From positions 2,560,001 through 2,624,000 of the forward strand of contig OY970194.1 in the NCBI GenBank assembly GCA_963708075.1: a DNA stretch of 64,000 nucleotides, given 5' to 3'. The position numbers and the translations under genes were made by a program. Shown here piece after piece: positions 30,357-41,726 of the stretch. The notes beneath the pieces were generated by a model. That model had not been told where the DNA came from. It saw nothing but the letters and a program-made list of their open reading frames with translations, and made no database searches. The number at the start of each line of letters is the position of its first letter. Positions within the stretch are counted from its first letter, which is position 1. The DNA comes from Sedimentisphaerales bacterium. Lineage in GTDB: Bacteria > Planctomycetota > Phycisphaerae > Sedimentisphaerales > Anaerobacaceae.

Positions 30357-31985
30357 CTACTCTCCATTCACGAGCTTTCGCGCGGCGACGACCATCGTGT
30401 CATGACCGATCGTGAACTTATGCAGTACGTCGAGGTCTGGGACATTCTGTATGCTCAGCTCGTGGGCGACCACGACGGATCGTTCCGGTGCGTTCAGGAA
30501 GGCGATGACCTCTTCGTCCTGGAACAGCTCGGGCACAGTCTCTCCCAGATACAGGACAGCCGCGCCGCTGACGCGCTCTTTCGGGTATACCAGGCCGATT
30601 CGCCTCCCTTCCGATTTGAGAGTCCGGCAATAAGCGAACAGAGGCTCGAACGAGTTTCTTGAGTTGAAGATCGGGTAGACCGCGGCATGGATGGTCAGAT
30701 AGATGGCCAGCAGCGACAGGAATAGCGCCCGAGCGAAGCGTCCCATTTCGTTTTGAGCCAGGCGGCGATGGGCCGATATTGCCAGATAGACAGCGGGAAT
30801 GCTGATCAGGGACCATAGGGTCCAGGGCTGTTTGTAGTAGATGAACATCCCCACAAAGACAAGCGGTGTGATGCAAGCCGTCCATACAAGTATACCGGCG
30901 GGAAGGGTAAACCAGTTGGTTGGAGGGTCTTCGCCTTCGATGATCGCACCCAAGACTTGTCCGATAAAGAGAGCTGCGGCCGGATATAAAGGCAGAAGAT
31001 AGAGGCCGCGTTTCCCGGCGGATATGGAAAGCAGAACGAAAGGAACCGCGAACCACAGCAGCATGAAGACGGAGGGACTCTCGTTTCGGCGCTGGCGGAG
31101 TTGACGGACGTGAAACGCGATAGCCACAGGGAGAAAAAGTATCCAGGGGAAGAACTGCGGCGGCGATTTGACGAGGTAGTAGTAGAAAGGTTCTGCATGC
31201 TCGGGGTATCCACCTGTGAATCGTCCCAGGTTGTTGGCGATGATGGCGGAATAGGTGGTTTCCGCCCCGAGGCGTCCGCTCAGCAGATAAACCCACACAG
31301 CCACCGGGACAAGAGAGAGGAACGAGCCGAACACCAATACGAGCCATGTATGGAGGGAGAAGTCTCTTCTGACGATAAGCCAGACAGTCAGCGCCGAGAG
31401 CGGAATTGCCATGCCCACCATTCCCTTCGTCAGGAGGGCACAGGCCAGGGAGCCCGCGAAGCCGAGAGCCCAGAGATTTCGGCGTGGACCGGGTCGCACG
31501 GCCTGAAAGAAACACAGCATGGCCGCCGTCGTCCACAAGCACAACATCATGTCGACCAGACACTGGTGACCGAGGTTCCAGTACTCTGCGAAAGTCGCCA
31601 ACACCAGAGCGGACAATCCGGCAGCCAAGGCGGACATGCCCATCTTTCGAGCCAGGACGAAAGTCAGAAGGACGCCTGCGATAGCCGCCAGGGCCGATGG
31701 CAGCCTGGCGGCATAGGCGCTCTCTCCCAGCAGAGTGAAGATCGGCCCGGCAATCCAGTAGTAAAATGGCGGCTGCTCAAGAAAGGGCTTGTCGTTCAAT
31801 CGGGGGACGATAGGGTCCCCGGATCTGGACGTCTGCGCGGCTATTCCGGCAACGCGAGGCTCGTCGGGACCCCAGAGATCGCGCCGGCCCAAGCCCGCGA
31901 GAAAGAGGACTGAGGCGAAGACCGCCACTGCCAGGAGAGGCCTTCGCGTTGCGAGGTCGTCACTGTCTGCAGACAACACTTTCAT
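30357..31985 (-). CDS. ArnT-like GT-C glycosyltransferase
   Basis: DLWGPDEPRVA, PFLEQPP, ARLPSA, LLTKG, KRGLYLLP. Confidence 0.85.
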   Translation of the reverse strand: MKVLSADSDDLATRRPLLAVAVFASVLFLAGLGRRDLWGPDEPRVAGIAAQTSRSGDPIVPRLNDKPFLEQPPFYYWIAGPIFTLLGESAYAARLPSALAAIAGVLLTFVLARKMGMSALAAGLSALVLATFAEYWNLGHQCLVDMMLCLWTTAAMLCFFQAVRPGPRRNLWALGFAGSLACALLTKGMVGMAIPLSALTVWLIVRRDFSLHTWLVLVFGSFLSLVPVAVWVYLLSGRLGAETTYSAIIANNLGRFTGGYPEHAEPFYYYLVKSPPQFFPWILFLPVAIAFHVRQLRQRRNESPSVFMLLWFAVPFVLLSISAGKRGLYLLPLYPAAALFIGQVLGAIIEGEDPPTNWFTLPAGILVWTACITPLVFVGMFIYYKQPWTLWSLISIPAVYLAISAHRRLAQNEMGRFARALFLSLLAIYLTIHAAVYPIFNSRNSFEPLFAYCRTLKSEGRRIGLVYPKERVSGAAVLYLGETVPELFQDEEVIAFLNAPERSVVVAHELSIQNVPDLDVLHKFTIGHDTMVVAARKLVNGE

Positions 31986-32134
31986 TCAACGGCTCCCTAT
32001 CCGGCTCCGCATGGAGAGTCACCGAACCCACGGCATCGCCGCGGCCTGAATGCCATGGCGCGCGAAACGAGAGGGACGCGGACAGCCGATCCGCGTTCCC
32101 CGCAAGGTGTCAACGTCAGTCCACAAGCCCGCTC

Positions 32135-34246
32135 TCATGGCACATTCAGTTGCGTGGGCTTTCGGCTGTGCGCAGACGGAAGCGAAACGATGAGCGTCGG
32201 CTTCGGTGATCTGCCCGCAGCGGGTATGTTCAGGACCTCCGCGCGGTCATCATCAATCGTGATCTCTCCGGTGCGCACGGCTTCCCGGAGAAAGAAGTCG
32301 AGCGTCTGCTCGACCGACTGCTCCAACCCCACAGTGGGGGTCCATCCAAGAAGCTTTTGGGCGTTCTTGATACTCGGTCGCCGATGCTCCACGTCCTGGT
32401 AGCCGGCGCCATAGTAGGAACCGCTTTCGATTTCGCGGAACCCTGCAAACGGTGGGAACTTGGGCCGCAACGGATGCTCATCGAACTTCCTCAGAAGCAT
32501 CTCGGCCAAGTCCCGAATGCTGGCCTCGTTCTCCGGGTTGCCGATGTTGATGATGCGTCCATCACAGACGCCATCCTGGTTCCGGATGATTCTGAACAGG
32601 CACTCCACGCCTTCCGAGATATCCGTGAAGCAGCGTTTCTGGAGTCCACCGTCGACGAGCAGGATGGGCGCGCCTTCAACCAGGTTGAGAATCAACTGCG
32701 TGATGGCGCGAGAGCTGCCGATTCTCGCCGAAGTCAGACTGTCGAGCCTCGGTCCGATCCAGTTGAACGGGCGGAACAGGGTGAACTTGAATCCTTCTTT
32801 CTGCCCATAGGCCCAGATGACCCGATCCAGAAGCTGCTTGCAGCATGAATAGATCCATCGCTGCATCCGGATCGGCCCGAGGATGAGTCGCGAATTGTCC
32901 TCGTCGAACTCTCCATCATCGCACATTCCGTACACTTCAGATGTGGACGGAAAGATGATGCGTTTGTGGTACTTGACGCAATAGCGGACGATGCGGAGAT
33001 TCTCTTCGAAGTCCAGTTCGAAGACGCCCAATGGGTTTCGCGTGTACTCTATGGGAGTCGCGATGGCCACCAGGGGCAGGACGATGTCGCACTTGCGGAT
33101 GTGGTACTCGATCCATTCGCGATGGATGCGGATATCCCCCTCGTCAAAATGGAATCCGGGTCGGCCGAGGAGGTGCTCGACGTAGTTGGATCGGAGGTCC
33201 ATGCCATGAACTTCATACTCTCCGCCGGCCAGCAGTCGTTCGCTCAGGGCACTGCCGATGAAGCCATTGGCGCCCAGGATCAGGACACTCTTCTTTCTCG
33301 CGGACCGGACGCGTGTGCTTGCATGGGGTCCGAATCTCATGCCTTGCACGAGGTTCAACTCCCTGGCAAGTTGCACGCCGGTCACGTACACCCCATCGGC
33401 GACTTGGCCGGAGTCAACGCGAACCGCTCCACCGCTACAGGCGATCACCAGCGGTTCGGTGGAGACAATGGTCCCGGGTGGCGACTTGCCGGGGTCGTAA
33501 GGTACGGCGGACACAGTCCAGAAGAGGCATTTCCTATCCCCCACGTAGCTGAACGCACCGGGGTACGGCCGCGTCACGGCCCTGACCAGGTTGCGGATTT
33601 GATGGGGCTCTTTTGTCCAATCGATTTCGCCGTCGGCCGGACGCCGCCCGCCGTAGTATGTAGCCCGGGCTGCATCTTGCGGCACACGGGGGGCTGTGCC
33701 ATCCTTGATCTGGGGAAGAGTCTCGGCGAGCAACTCGCGAGATGCTCGGGCCAGCTTCTCGTGCAGGCTTCGGGCCGTGTCATCATCCGAGATAGCTACC
33801 TGTCTCTGAGATACGATGTCGCCGGCATCAGGTCTGGCCGTCATGTAGTGCAGGGTGACCCCCGTTTCGGTCTCCCCATGGATCAGGGCCCAGTTCGCCG
33901 GGCATCGTCCACGGTACTTCGGCAGCAGAGATCCATGCAGATTGAGACAGCCGGCCGGCGGGATGTCAAGAATCGCAGGCTTGACCATGTGCCGATAGTA
34001 AAACGAAAAGAGGATATCCGGGGCCATGTCCTGGATTCTGTGGACCCACAAGGGATGGTTGATATCCTCCGGGGCAAACACGGGAATGTTGTGGCTTGCT
34101 GCCAGTTCCGCTACCGAATGGAACCAGAGATTTTCCTGAGGGTCATCCGCATGCGTGAAGACGGCCGCAATCTCAATACCATTCCTCAGCAGTTCCTCGA
34201 TGCCCATGCATCCGATATCGTGATAAGCTAGGACTACTGCTCTCAT
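32135..34246 (-). CDS. arnA: Bifunctional UDP-L-Ara4N formyltransferase/UDP-glucuronate oxidase-decarboxylase
   Basis: N-terminal [13 protein letters not shown] formyltransferase domain; C-terminal [44 protein letters not shown]. Confidence 0.97.
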   Translation of the reverse strand: MRAVVLAYHDIGCMGIEELLRNGIEIAAVFTHADDPQENLWFHSVAELAASHNIPVFAPEDINHPLWVHRIQDMAPDILFSFYYRHMVKPAILDIPPAGCLNLHGSLLPKYRGRCPANWALIHGETETGVTLHYMTARPDAGDIVSQRQVAISDDDTARSLHEKLARASRELLAETLPQIKDGTAPRVPQDAARATYYGGRRPADGEIDWTKEPHQIRNLVRAVTRPYPGAFSYVGDRKCLFWTVSAVPYDPGKSPPGTIVSTEPLVIACSGGAVRVDSGQVADGVYVTGVQLARELNLVQGMRFGPHASTRVRSARKKSVLILGANGFIGSALSERLLAGGEYEVHGMDLRSNYVEHLLGRPGFHFDEGDIRIHREWIEYHIRKCDIVLPLVAIATPIEYTRNPLGVFELDFEENLRIVRYCVKYHKRIIFPSTSEVYGMCDDGEFDEDNSRLILGPIRMQRWIYSCCKQLLDRVIWAYGQKEGFKFTLFRPFNWIGPRLDSLTSARIGSSRAITQLILNLVEGAPILLVDGGLQKRCFTDISEGVECLFRIIRNQDGVCDGRIINIGNPENEASIRDLAEMLLRKFDEHPLRPKFPPFAGFREIESGSYYGAGYQDVEHRRPSIKNAQKLLGWTPTVGLEQSVEQTLDFFLREAVRTGEITIDDDRAEVLNIPAAGRSPKPTLIVSLPSAHSRKPTQLNVP

Positions 34247-35412
34247 TTGAGAACCTCCAGTTGTGACTGAGCAGGCATGTTCCGTTCCCTGATTTCCTGC
34301 CGGCCAATAACCTGATGAACAAAATAGCGAGGCCTCGCCCGCACATCATGATAGATGCGACCAATGTATTCCCCGAGCAACCCCATCGCGACAAATTGGG
34401 CGCCGATGAGGACGAAAAGAACGGCAAAGAGGGTGAAGACGCCCTCGGCTGCCCATCCCGGCCCATGGACCACTCGCATGATTAGCAGGAAGACGCCAAA
34501 TCCCATGCCCACGACCGATGTGATGCCGCCAAGGATACTGAGCAGACGCAGCGGGAAGGTCGTCATACTCGTCAACAGATCGAACTGGAGATTCACCAGT
34601 TTCCACAGGCTGTACTTCGAATCCCCACTGGATCGCTCGGCGTGGTGGACCTCGATTTCCGTTGCCTTTCGCGCGAAGCTGTTGGCCAAAACGGGAATGA
34701 ACGTACTTCGCTCGGGACACTGCAGCATGGCGCTAATGACGTGGCGTCGATAGGCGCGGAGCATGCAGCCGTAATCATGCATTGTCACGCCGGTGGCCCG
34801 CCGGGCCGCATGGTTGACGATCCGCGAGGCGACACGTCGAAACAACGGGTCCTGCCGAGGCGTGCGGATCGTGCCGATCACATCGTACCCTTCCGCCATC
34901 TTCCGAACGAGCTTCGGAATCTCCTCGGGCGGGTTCTGCAAGTCGGCATCGAGGGTCACGACGATCTCGCCTCGGGATTCGCCAAAGCCGGCCATCACGG
35001 CGGCATGCTGGCCATAGTTGCGGTTCAATAAGACCCCCACGACCCTTCCGGCGTTCTGTTCCGCCGCCTCGGCGATGATCTTCGATGAGCTATCCGAGCT
35101 GCCGTCATCCACGAGAATAATCTCGAATGACCCCTCCGTGCCTTCACAGCTATCCAGACAACGTCGGATGAGCTCCGGCAGACACCTCTCTTCGTTAAAT
35201 ACGGGGATCACCAGGGACACAGCCGGTCTGGTCTGCGGCGATGGCGAGACTGTGCGATGAAGGTCAGGTTGACAGATGCCTTCCTCCAATGTGTCGTCGT
35301 TAACGGTACGAAGCGGCGTCGCGTCGTGAGCGGCCGGTTGGGAATGCACCAAAACGGTCTTCGCATGTCCTGAGCTATGCAGACCTCGTACTTCGTCGGA
35401 CGTCTTGGCCAT
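34243..35412 (-). CDS. arnC: Undecaprenyl-phosphate 4-deoxy-4-formamido-L-arabinose transferase
   Basis: [62 protein letters not shown]-terminal extension of about 60 aa. Confidence 0.93.
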   Translation of the reverse strand: MAKTSDEVRGLHSSGHAKTVLVHSQPAAHDATPLRTVNDDTLEEGICQPDLHRTVSPSPQTRPAVSLVIPVFNEERCLPELIRRCLDSCEGTEGSFEIILVDDGSSDSSSKIIAEAAEQNAGRVVGVLLNRNYGQHAAVMAGFGESRGEIVVTLDADLQNPPEEIPKLVRKMAEGYDVIGTIRTPRQDPLFRRVASRIVNHAARRATGVTMHDYGCMLRAYRRHVISAMLQCPERSTFIPVLANSFARKATEIEVHHAERSSGDSKYSLWKLVNLQFDLLTSMTTFPLRLLSILGGITSVVGMGFGVFLLIMRVVHGPGWAAEGVFTLFAVLFVLIGAQFVAMGLLGEYIGRIYHDVRARPRYFVHQVIGRQEIRERNMPAQSQLEVLK

Positions 35413-35415
35413 CGG

Positions 35416-36612
35416 TTAGCACCTTTCTTCAAGGATCGTCTTGCCTGCGGCAGAGGATGGCTGCTTGTGCAAGACGTCTTTGATTGTCTCGATAACGTCG
35501 TTGACGTCGCGTTCCATCATATCCGGGAAGAGGGGGAGCGAACAGATTCGGTCGGAGTTCCATTCCGTGTTCGGCAATGCGCCTCGGCGCATCCCCATGC
35601 ACTCCCTGTAGTACTTTTGCAGGTGCACGGCCCGGAAATGCAGGCCGGTCCCGATGTTTCTCTGCTTCAGTCGCAGCATGAACTCATCACGGGTCAGGCC
35701 TGCTTTGTCGATGTCCAGCCGGACAATGAATAGATGCCAGGCATGCTTCATCGGGTACGGGGGATCGGACAGGGGGATGATCTCCTCGATCTCCGCTAAC
35801 CGCTCGCGGTATTCCATGGCCAGTTCGGTTCGCCTGGCGTTGAGCTGATCCACGCGGGCCAACTGCCGCAATCCCAGGACGGCGGATATGTCCGTCATGT
35901 TGTACTTGTACCCGGGCTCCATGACCTCTGCCTGGGGCGAGCGTCCCTGCGTGTGGCGATCGTAGGCGTCCACTCCCAACCCATGAAATTTCAATCGCTT
36001 CACGCAGTCGAGGAGGGCCTCATCGTCCGAGCAGAACATACCCCCCTCGCCCGTCGTGATGTTCTTGATGGGGTGAAATGAGAAGATCGAGGTGCCGCTG
36101 TGGCCCACGTGCAGGCCGTGGTACTGCGTCCCCAGAGCGTGTGCCGCGTCCTCGATGAGGGGAATGTGCCTGGCGGCCGCCAATTGACGAATGGGTCCGA
36201 TGTCGGCCGGGGCTCCTGCAAAATGGACGGGGATGATCGCCCGCGTTCTGTCCGTCAGGCACGCTTCAATGGACTGGCAGGAAACCATCAACGTGTCACG
36301 ATTCACGTCGGCGAAGACTGGTGTGGCGCCGGCAAGAACAGTCAGATTCACGGTGGAAACCCACGTCATCGAAGGGGTGATTACCTCGTCGCCGGGACCG
36401 ACCCCGAGAGCCTTGAGGGCCAGGTGCATACCTGCCGTCGCCGAGGACAATGCCACGGCCCCGGGACAGCCGACGTACTCCTGGAATCTCTGCTCGAACT
36501 CTGTGGTTCTTGGGCCGGTCGTGATCCAGCCGCATCGCAGCACCTCCGCCACGGCGGCGATATCCTCCTCCGTGATCGATGGCCGCGAGAATGGTAGAAA
36601 ATCAGTTCGCAC
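35416..36612 (-). CDS. arnB: UDP-4-amino-4-deoxy-L-arabinose aminotransferase
   Basis: [36 protein letters not shown] (PLP lysine), [10 protein letters not shown]. Confidence 0.95.
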   Translation of the reverse strand: MRTDFLPFSRPSITEEDIAAVAEVLRCGWITTGPRTTEFEQRFQEYVGCPGAVALSSATAGMHLALKALGVGPGDEVITPSMTWVSTVNLTVLAGATPVFADVNRDTLMVSCQSIEACLTDRTRAIIPVHFAGAPADIGPIRQLAAARHIPLIEDAAHALGTQYHGLHVGHSGTSIFSFHPIKNITTGEGGMFCSDDEALLDCVKRLKFHGLGVDAYDRHTQGRSPQAEVMEPGYKYNMTDISAVLGLRQLARVDQLNARRTELAMEYRERLAEIEEIIPLSDPPYPMKHAWHLFIVRLDIDKAGLTRDEFMLRLKQRNIGTGLHFRAVHLQKYYRECMGMRRGALPNTEWNSDRICSLPLFPDMMERDVNDVIETIKDVLHKQPSSAAGKTILEERC

Positions 36613-38488
36613 GACTCATACCCTCCGCAACCCCTGCCGCTTTCGAAGCATTCATGGGACACCCCCAGAACCAGGCTATCCATTTCTCCTTCTTGGAAGA
36701 CTTGGATTCCCACGGGTATAGTTGCTCACGAAGGCTCTGCTGCCTCCACAGCTCGCTGACGATTTCTTCGGGAAGCCCGGCCACATACCTGTTCTGGGTA
36801 ATGACCACGCCAGGAAGACTCGATTCCAGAAAATGGCGGAATTGGTCGGCGTCTTTGATGATCTGTATCGGCTCATCGGCATGGAGATAGAAAAGCAGGT
36901 TCGCGTTCGCCTTGGGGAACACAGCGATCCTCTCCGGCGGGAGCTCGGCTGACCTCGCCCGCAATTCACCGGCGAATGGGCGCTCCGTTCGATTCATGTC
37001 GAGGATGTTCTGTTGCCAGCAGAAGTAGCCTCCCAGCAACACAGCTGCGACTCCGATCCATGGCTGGATGACTCTGCGCTCGCTTGGGGAGAGCTTTGAC
37101 CATTGTATGAATTTGTCAAGGCTCACACCCAGGAGAATTGCGGCCGCCCCAATGCCAAGACTGACCAAATAGAATCTCAGAGGGGCTTGGAAGTGCAATA
37201 CTCTCCCGGCAATCGTCAAAATCAGGGGAATTGCCAGGTCGAATGCAACCGCCCCGATCAGCAGGGCTCTCTGGGCCGCCAGCCCCCATTGCCGAAGGTC
37301 ATCCATTCCAGGCTCACGGATCCAGGCGACGAAGACAGCCATCAGTAGAGCACAAAGCGGCAGGATCGGCAGGATGTAATAGCCGCGTCGCGAGCCGGAG
37401 AGGCTGAAGAACAGGAACACCAGCACAATGGCCCAGATCAGCCATCGTGTATGACTGTCGAGCCCCTTCCTGTACTTGGCCATGCCAACCGCCGCCAGCA
37501 CAAACAAGGGGGTCCAAGGCAGCAAGAGACGCGGCAGCTCATAAAGGTACAGGTAGATCGGACCTTTGTGGTCGAGGGGTTGGAAATAGCGAAGAATATT
37601 CTCCTGAAAGACCAGCGCCAGGCCGCTCGACTGATAATCGGCGGGCTGAGTCAGAGAGGCATACACAAACGGAGCCAGGTAGACAAGCGACGCAAGCCCG
37701 AAGGCCCCTATGTGCTTGATACTAAAGAGGATGCGCCAGCGTCTTTCCGTCAGCATATCCGGCAATACAATGAGAATGGGAACGACCACCGCCGCCAAAC
37801 CTTTGGTTAAGGCGCCGATAAAGGCGATCAGGTAGAAAACGAGCATGGTGGGAAAACCTGGACGATCACGTCTTGACCAATACCAGACGACCGCCAGCAT
37901 GATGGCCGCGAGATTCTCGGCATCGGCCGTGCCGGTCCGGGCCCAAAAGATGAAGGAATACGTTGTCAGGAGCAGCCAGCCGGCGATTCTTCCCGTCTGG
38001 GCCGACCACAACCGGGCCCCGACCTTCATCGTCGCCCAGACGGCCGCCACGCCGGCAACGGCGCTCGGAAGCCGTAAGACCAGTTCATTCAGCGTGCCGG
38101 TCATCGCAACGATGGCTGCACGGAGCCAGTACGTCAGCAGCGGTTTGTCAAAGTAGGGCTCTCCGCCAATCGTGGGATGAAAGAAATCGCCCGTCAGAAA
38201 CATCTCACGTGTGACCTGGGCCCAGCGCCCCTCCGCCGTCCACAGACTGCAAGTACCCAATCCCCACAATAGCAGGAACGCTCCAGTCGACAGCAGTGCG
38301 ATATCTGCCCACTGCACGTGCCCGCCAACTGTGGCATCCGACTCAATCTGCCGGACATTGTCCTTAACGCAACCGGAGTATATATCCATGTTTAGATTCC
38401 GCTCGAAGACCGGCCTCCGTAGTCTCCAAGCTGAACGCATTACATCGGGGGCAATGACTGATGCCTGACGAAGCATCGTCCCGACCAA
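36602..38488 (-). CDS. ArnT-like GT-C glycosyltransferase
   Basis: [44 protein letters not shown]. Start uncertain (possibly 38389). Confidence 0.85.
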   Translation of the reverse strand: MVGTMLRQASVIAPDVMRSAWRLRRPVFERNLNMDIYSGCVKDNVRQIESDATVGGHVQWADIALLSTGAFLLLWGLGTCSLWTAEGRWAQVTREMFLTGDFFHPTIGGEPYFDKPLLTYWLRAAIVAMTGTLNELVLRLPSAVAGVAAVWATMKVGARLWSAQTGRIAGWLLLTTYSFIFWARTGTADAENLAAIMLAVVWYWSRRDRPGFPTMLVFYLIAFIGALTKGLAAVVVPILIVLPDMLTERRWRILFSIKHIGAFGLASLVYLAPFVYASLTQPADYQSSGLALVFQENILRYFQPLDHKGPIYLYLYELPRLLLPWTPLFVLAAVGMAKYRKGLDSHTRWLIWAIVLVFLFFSLSGSRRGYYILPILPLCALLMAVFVAWIREPGMDDLRQWGLAAQRALLIGAVAFDLAIPLILTIAGRVLHFQAPLRFYLVSLGIGAAAILLGVSLDKFIQWSKLSPSERRVIQPWIGVAAVLLGGYFCWQQNILDMNRTERPFAGELRARSAELPPERIAVFPKANANLLFYLHADEPIQIIKDADQFRHFLESSLPGVVITQNRYVAGLPEEIVSELWRQQSLREQLYPWESKSSKKEKWIAWFWGCPMNASKAAGVAEGMSRAN

Positions 38489-38532
38489 CCGGTAGACTCC
38501 GACAGTCCTAGCCCGGAGGGTACAGATCGAAC

Positions 38533-38549
38533 CTTAATGGAAGATGAAG
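38533..38549 (-). promoter_or_regulatory. Possible PmrA/OmpR-type direct-repeat box upstream of the arn operon
   Basis: Minus strand CTTCAT-N5-ATTAAG; each half is one mismatch from CTTAA(T/G). Weak match. Confidence 0.25.
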
Positions 38550-38795
38550 AAATCGGGGGCCATAGTAAGGAAATTACTGATTCCCCGGGAATAAGTCCGC
38601 CACTGTCGTATTGGGGGGCCTTTTTTGCTCGCGCCATGCTGCCTCCCGAACAGGACACGGGTGGGGCCTGCGATGGCGAGAGTCACGGTTGCACATCTCT
38701 GCCGGGCAGGTACAATGGGCAGGTCTTGGCACTGAGGTCAAGGAACATAGGTTAGAGAACGTGGCCTGGGGGCCCATGGAATTGGTGGCCGGACA

Positions 38796-39474
38796 ATGAG
38801 AGTGTTGATTATCGAAGATGAGATCAGACTTGCGCAATATCGCCAAGGCGCTCAAGGAGACAGCGTCGTACGCAGTGGATATTTCCACCGATGGCGAGGA
38901 TGGCTGGCATCAAGCTCTCTCAAATCCCTACGACCTGATCCTGCTCGATCTGATGCTGCCGAAGGTGGGTGGGTTGGAGATCCTCGCAGAATTGCGCCGC
39001 CAAGGCAATCGGGTCCCCGTGCTCATACTTACCGCGAGGGACACCACCCGGGACATTATCCGGGGTCTGAACTCAGGCGGTGATGACTACATCACGAAAC
39101 CCTTCGACATGGGCGAGCTCCTGGCTCGCTGCAAGGCGATGGTGCGTCGAACCTATGATCGTCCCGACCCGGTTGTGCGTATCGGTGAGTTGTCGGTAGA
39201 TACATCCAGCCGGCTGGTGACCCTTCGAGGCCGGCGCGTGACGCTATCCGCGATGGAGTATCGGCTCCTGGAGTATCTCGTGTGGCGGGCCGGTCAGATC
39301 GTCAGCAAGGCGGAGATCATCGAACACCTGTATGATTTCAATGCCGAAACCTTCTCAAATGTTGTCGAGGTGTACATATCCACCCTTCGCAGAAAACTGG
39401 ATGTCGATCCCGAACGCTCCCTGATTCACACCGTCCGGGGTTTGGGATACGTCCTGGGAGAGGTATCCACGTGA
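38796..39474 (+). CDS. OmpR-family response regulator (frameshift ~38838)
   Basis: MRVLIIEDEIRLA in one frame, then NIAKAL...YDLILLDLMLP, VLILTAR, DDYITKPF, SNVVEVYI, IHTVRGLGY in the next. Confidence 0.92.
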
Positions 39475-40895
39475 AGCCTCTATCCATCCAGTTGCGGTTG
39501 TCTCTGATGGTGTTGATTCTCACTCTGGCCATCATTGCGGTCTTGTCTGTTGCGGCTTATGTTGAGTTTGAGGAGTCATTGCTGGGGAACACTGACGACA
39601 CTCTGAGAGCCATGGCCGAAGGGATACAGGCCGAACTCGATGAACGGGACAGCAGAGAGCACCAGGAAGCCGAACTGCGGGCCATCACGGGGTACGGCAC
39701 CTCCGAACGCTCCAGCCAGTATCGTATCTGGTTGGATGGAAGTGAAAGAGACATGTTTGCCAGCGAATCATCCAGTGATCCACTACCCCAAGCACTCCTT
39801 CGCCTGCCCCTCGGCGAACAACCTGACGTGAACGATTTCAGCCTGTTCAATATTACCGGCGATCCAGAATCGGGCACGGAATATACGCTCCGCGCCATAT
39901 GGATGCGCCATGTCTTGCATGAGGAGGTTGCCAATATCCTTGTGGCACGCTCGTGTGGATATGTGTATCACGAGGTGGCTGAGTTCCTTGGGCTCCTGTT
40001 CATGGCGGGAGGTTCCGTCACATTGCTGACTGTGCTGCTGGTGCCGATCATCATCTCGCATGGGCTGCACGCAATCACAGACCTCGGAGCGAAGTTGGGA
40101 CAAATCACGCACAGTAGTTTGAAGAATGACAGTGACATCATGCCGGACGTCCCTATTGAGCTGAAGCCATTCAAGGCGGCGTTGCAGGAGATGTTGTCGC
40201 GTCTGCATAAGACGATGCAGCAGCAGGAGCGGCTTACTGCAGATGTCGCGCACGAGCTGCGCACGCCTCTGGCGATCATCAAGAGCACGCTCCAGACGCT
40301 GCGAATACAAGCCCGACCGGCGATCGAATATGAGGAGGGCATCGACGATACGCTCAAAGACGTCGATCGCATGGAGCATCTCGTAAGCCAGCTTCTCTCT
40401 TTGGCACGACTGGACGCCGCCGACGCCGTCCACAATCCGGCGGAAATCCGCTTGGACACCCTGCTGAGATCGCTGACGGATGTATTCCACGACCGGGCCG
40501 GCCAGCAAGGAGGACGAGTGGTCTTCACGAACAGCGCCCCAGTCTCGATCCGGGGCGATGAAACCGAATTGTGGCAACTCTTCAGCAATCTGCTCGACAA
40601 CGCCATTCGACATGGACCGCGGGGAGGACTCATTCGCGTGGACCTCCAGAACGAGCCGGACACATGGGCAATGGTCTGTGTCCATGACGAAGGCGGCGCC
40701 ATTCCGGCCGAAAGCCTCCCTCACTTATTCGATCGTTTCTATCGGGTGGATTCCTCCCGGTCTCAGACCTCCGGCGGCAGCGGCCTGGGGTTGGCCATTG
40801 CCTGCGGAATCGTTCAGCGGCACCATGGAGATATCGCAATCACGTCAGACCCGAAAGCCGGGACCTCGGCCATCGTCCATCTGCCACGGCTATAA
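39471..40895 (+). CDS. Sensor histidine kinase
   Basis: Two TMs, HAMP-like linker, ADVAHELRTPL, NLLDNAIRH, FDRFYR, GSGLGLAI. Confidence 0.95.
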   Translation: MKPLSIQLRLSLMVLILTLAIIAVLSVAAYVEFEESLLGNTDDTLRAMAEGIQAELDERDSREHQEAELRAITGYGTSERSSQYRIWLDGSERDMFASESSSDPLPQALLRLPLGEQPDVNDFSLFNITGDPESGTEYTLRAIWMRHVLHEEVANILVARSCGYVYHEVAEFLGLLFMAGGSVTLLTVLLVPIIISHGLHAITDLGAKLGQITHSSLKNDSDIMPDVPIELKPFKAALQEMLSRLHKTMQQQERLTADVAHELRTPLAIIKSTLQTLRIQARPAIEYEEGIDDTLKDVDRMEHLVSQLLSLARLDAADAVHNPAEIRLDTLLRSLTDVFHDRAGQQGGRVVFTNSAPVSIRGDETELWQLFSNLLDNAIRHGPRGGLIRVDLQNEPDTWAMVCVHDEGGAIPAESLPHLFDRFYRVDSSRSQTSGGSGLGLAIACGIVQRHHGDIAITSDPKAGTSAIVHLPRL

Positions 40896-41248
40896 GCCCC
40901 GGAACCTGCATTCCCTCCTGTGCAACCACGCAATCCCCTCAGGTTGCCTTAAGGCGGCGGTGGTAAGCTGCATTCGAACCAGATCAATACGATCTCGTCT
41001 GCGGTGATGGGGTGGTTCGATGAAGTCGGGGCACGTATGAGAATAAGAGAGTGTCTACGGCGGGCGGGGCTGGCGTGCGATTTGGCGATTTCGCTGGGAT
41101 GAGATGCCGGCAATCGACTCCCATAAGTGGGAGAGCAAAATGGAGATGCGACGGCGGCTTGCAGGCCCACACCATGAGTGTACTACGGAATAGGGTGCCG
41201 GCCAACGGAACGGCCGGTGCGAGTCAACTGATGAAAAGCCAGAGGAGC

Positions 41249-41290
41249 ACGCTTCTGAGGTCAAAAGTGCAGACTTTGACTCAGAAAGCG
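41249..41290 (-). terminator. Hairpin immediately downstream of tRNA-Ser
   Basis: Imperfect inverted repeat CGCTTCTGAGGTCAAAAGT-gcag-ACTTTGACTCAGAAAGCG; no adjacent U-tract. Confidence 0.35.
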
Positions 41291-41298
41291 GTGGAGAC

Positions 41299-41388
41299 CG
41301 GAGAGGCCGGGATTCGAACCCGGGGTAGGGGTTAACCCCCTACGACGGTTTAGCAAACCGTTGCCTTAAGCCACTCGGCCACCTCTCC
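41299..41388 (-). tRNA. tRNA-Ser(GCT)
   Basis: GGAGAGG/CCTCTCC acceptor stem, D-arm TGGCCGAGTGGCTTAAGGC, anticodon arm ACGGT-TTGCTAA-ACCGT, long variable arm, GTTCGAATC T-loop. CCA not encoded. Confidence 0.97.
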
Positions 41389-41444
41389 AAACCGTCTATC
41401 TACAATGACTTACGTCAAATCCTCGTCTTCCGCTCAGCAGGCTA

Positions 41445-41504
41445 CTACAACTCTCACTGCAACCGCGATTATCAGTCGCGTTGGTTGTAGTTACTCGGTT
41501 GTAG
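41445..41504. repeat. Paired short direct/inverted repeats (possible integrase arm-type sites)
   Basis: CTACAAC (41445) and CTGCAACC (41457) face GGTTGTAG (41483) and GGTTGTAG (41497), between the tRNA and the integrase stub. Confidence 0.5.
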
Positions 41505-41540
41505 CCCATGTCCAGAACCTGGTGTCTGGAGGCACCTGTC

Positions 41541-41702
41541 ATGACAGAACCCAAAGAACAACATAAGCCCACACCGGCAAGGCGAAGCCGATACCCTCTA
41601 AGTCTACACCGAACCGGGCAGCGGTACAAGAAAATTCATGGCAAGTTCCATTACTGTGTGTGCGACTACATTTCGTGGGGGCAGGCTGGTATTTTTCGCT
41701 GA
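41541..41702 (+). pseudogene. Tyrosine integrase N-terminal stub
   Basis: GGAGG RBS; YPLSLHRTGQRYKKIHGKFHY resembles, from memory, the N-terminus of planctomycete phage integrases. Similarity stops near 41654. Confidence 0.65.
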
Positions 41703-41726
41703 CCCCCTGCAGAATGTAGTCGCACA
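41659..41726. repeat. 68-bp element with perfect 14-bp terminal inverted repeats (TGT...ACA)
   Basis: TGTGCGACTACATT (41659-41672) and AATGTAGTCGCACA (41713-41726). Imperfect pairing extends inward (GGGGG/CCCCC). Confidence 0.8.

Larger units (their letters stand above)
24954..41361. mobile_element. tRNA-Ser-integrated genomic island carrying the arn cluster and a two-component system
   Basis: Bounded by tRNA-derived direct repeats. No integrase recognised between them. Confidence 0.8.
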
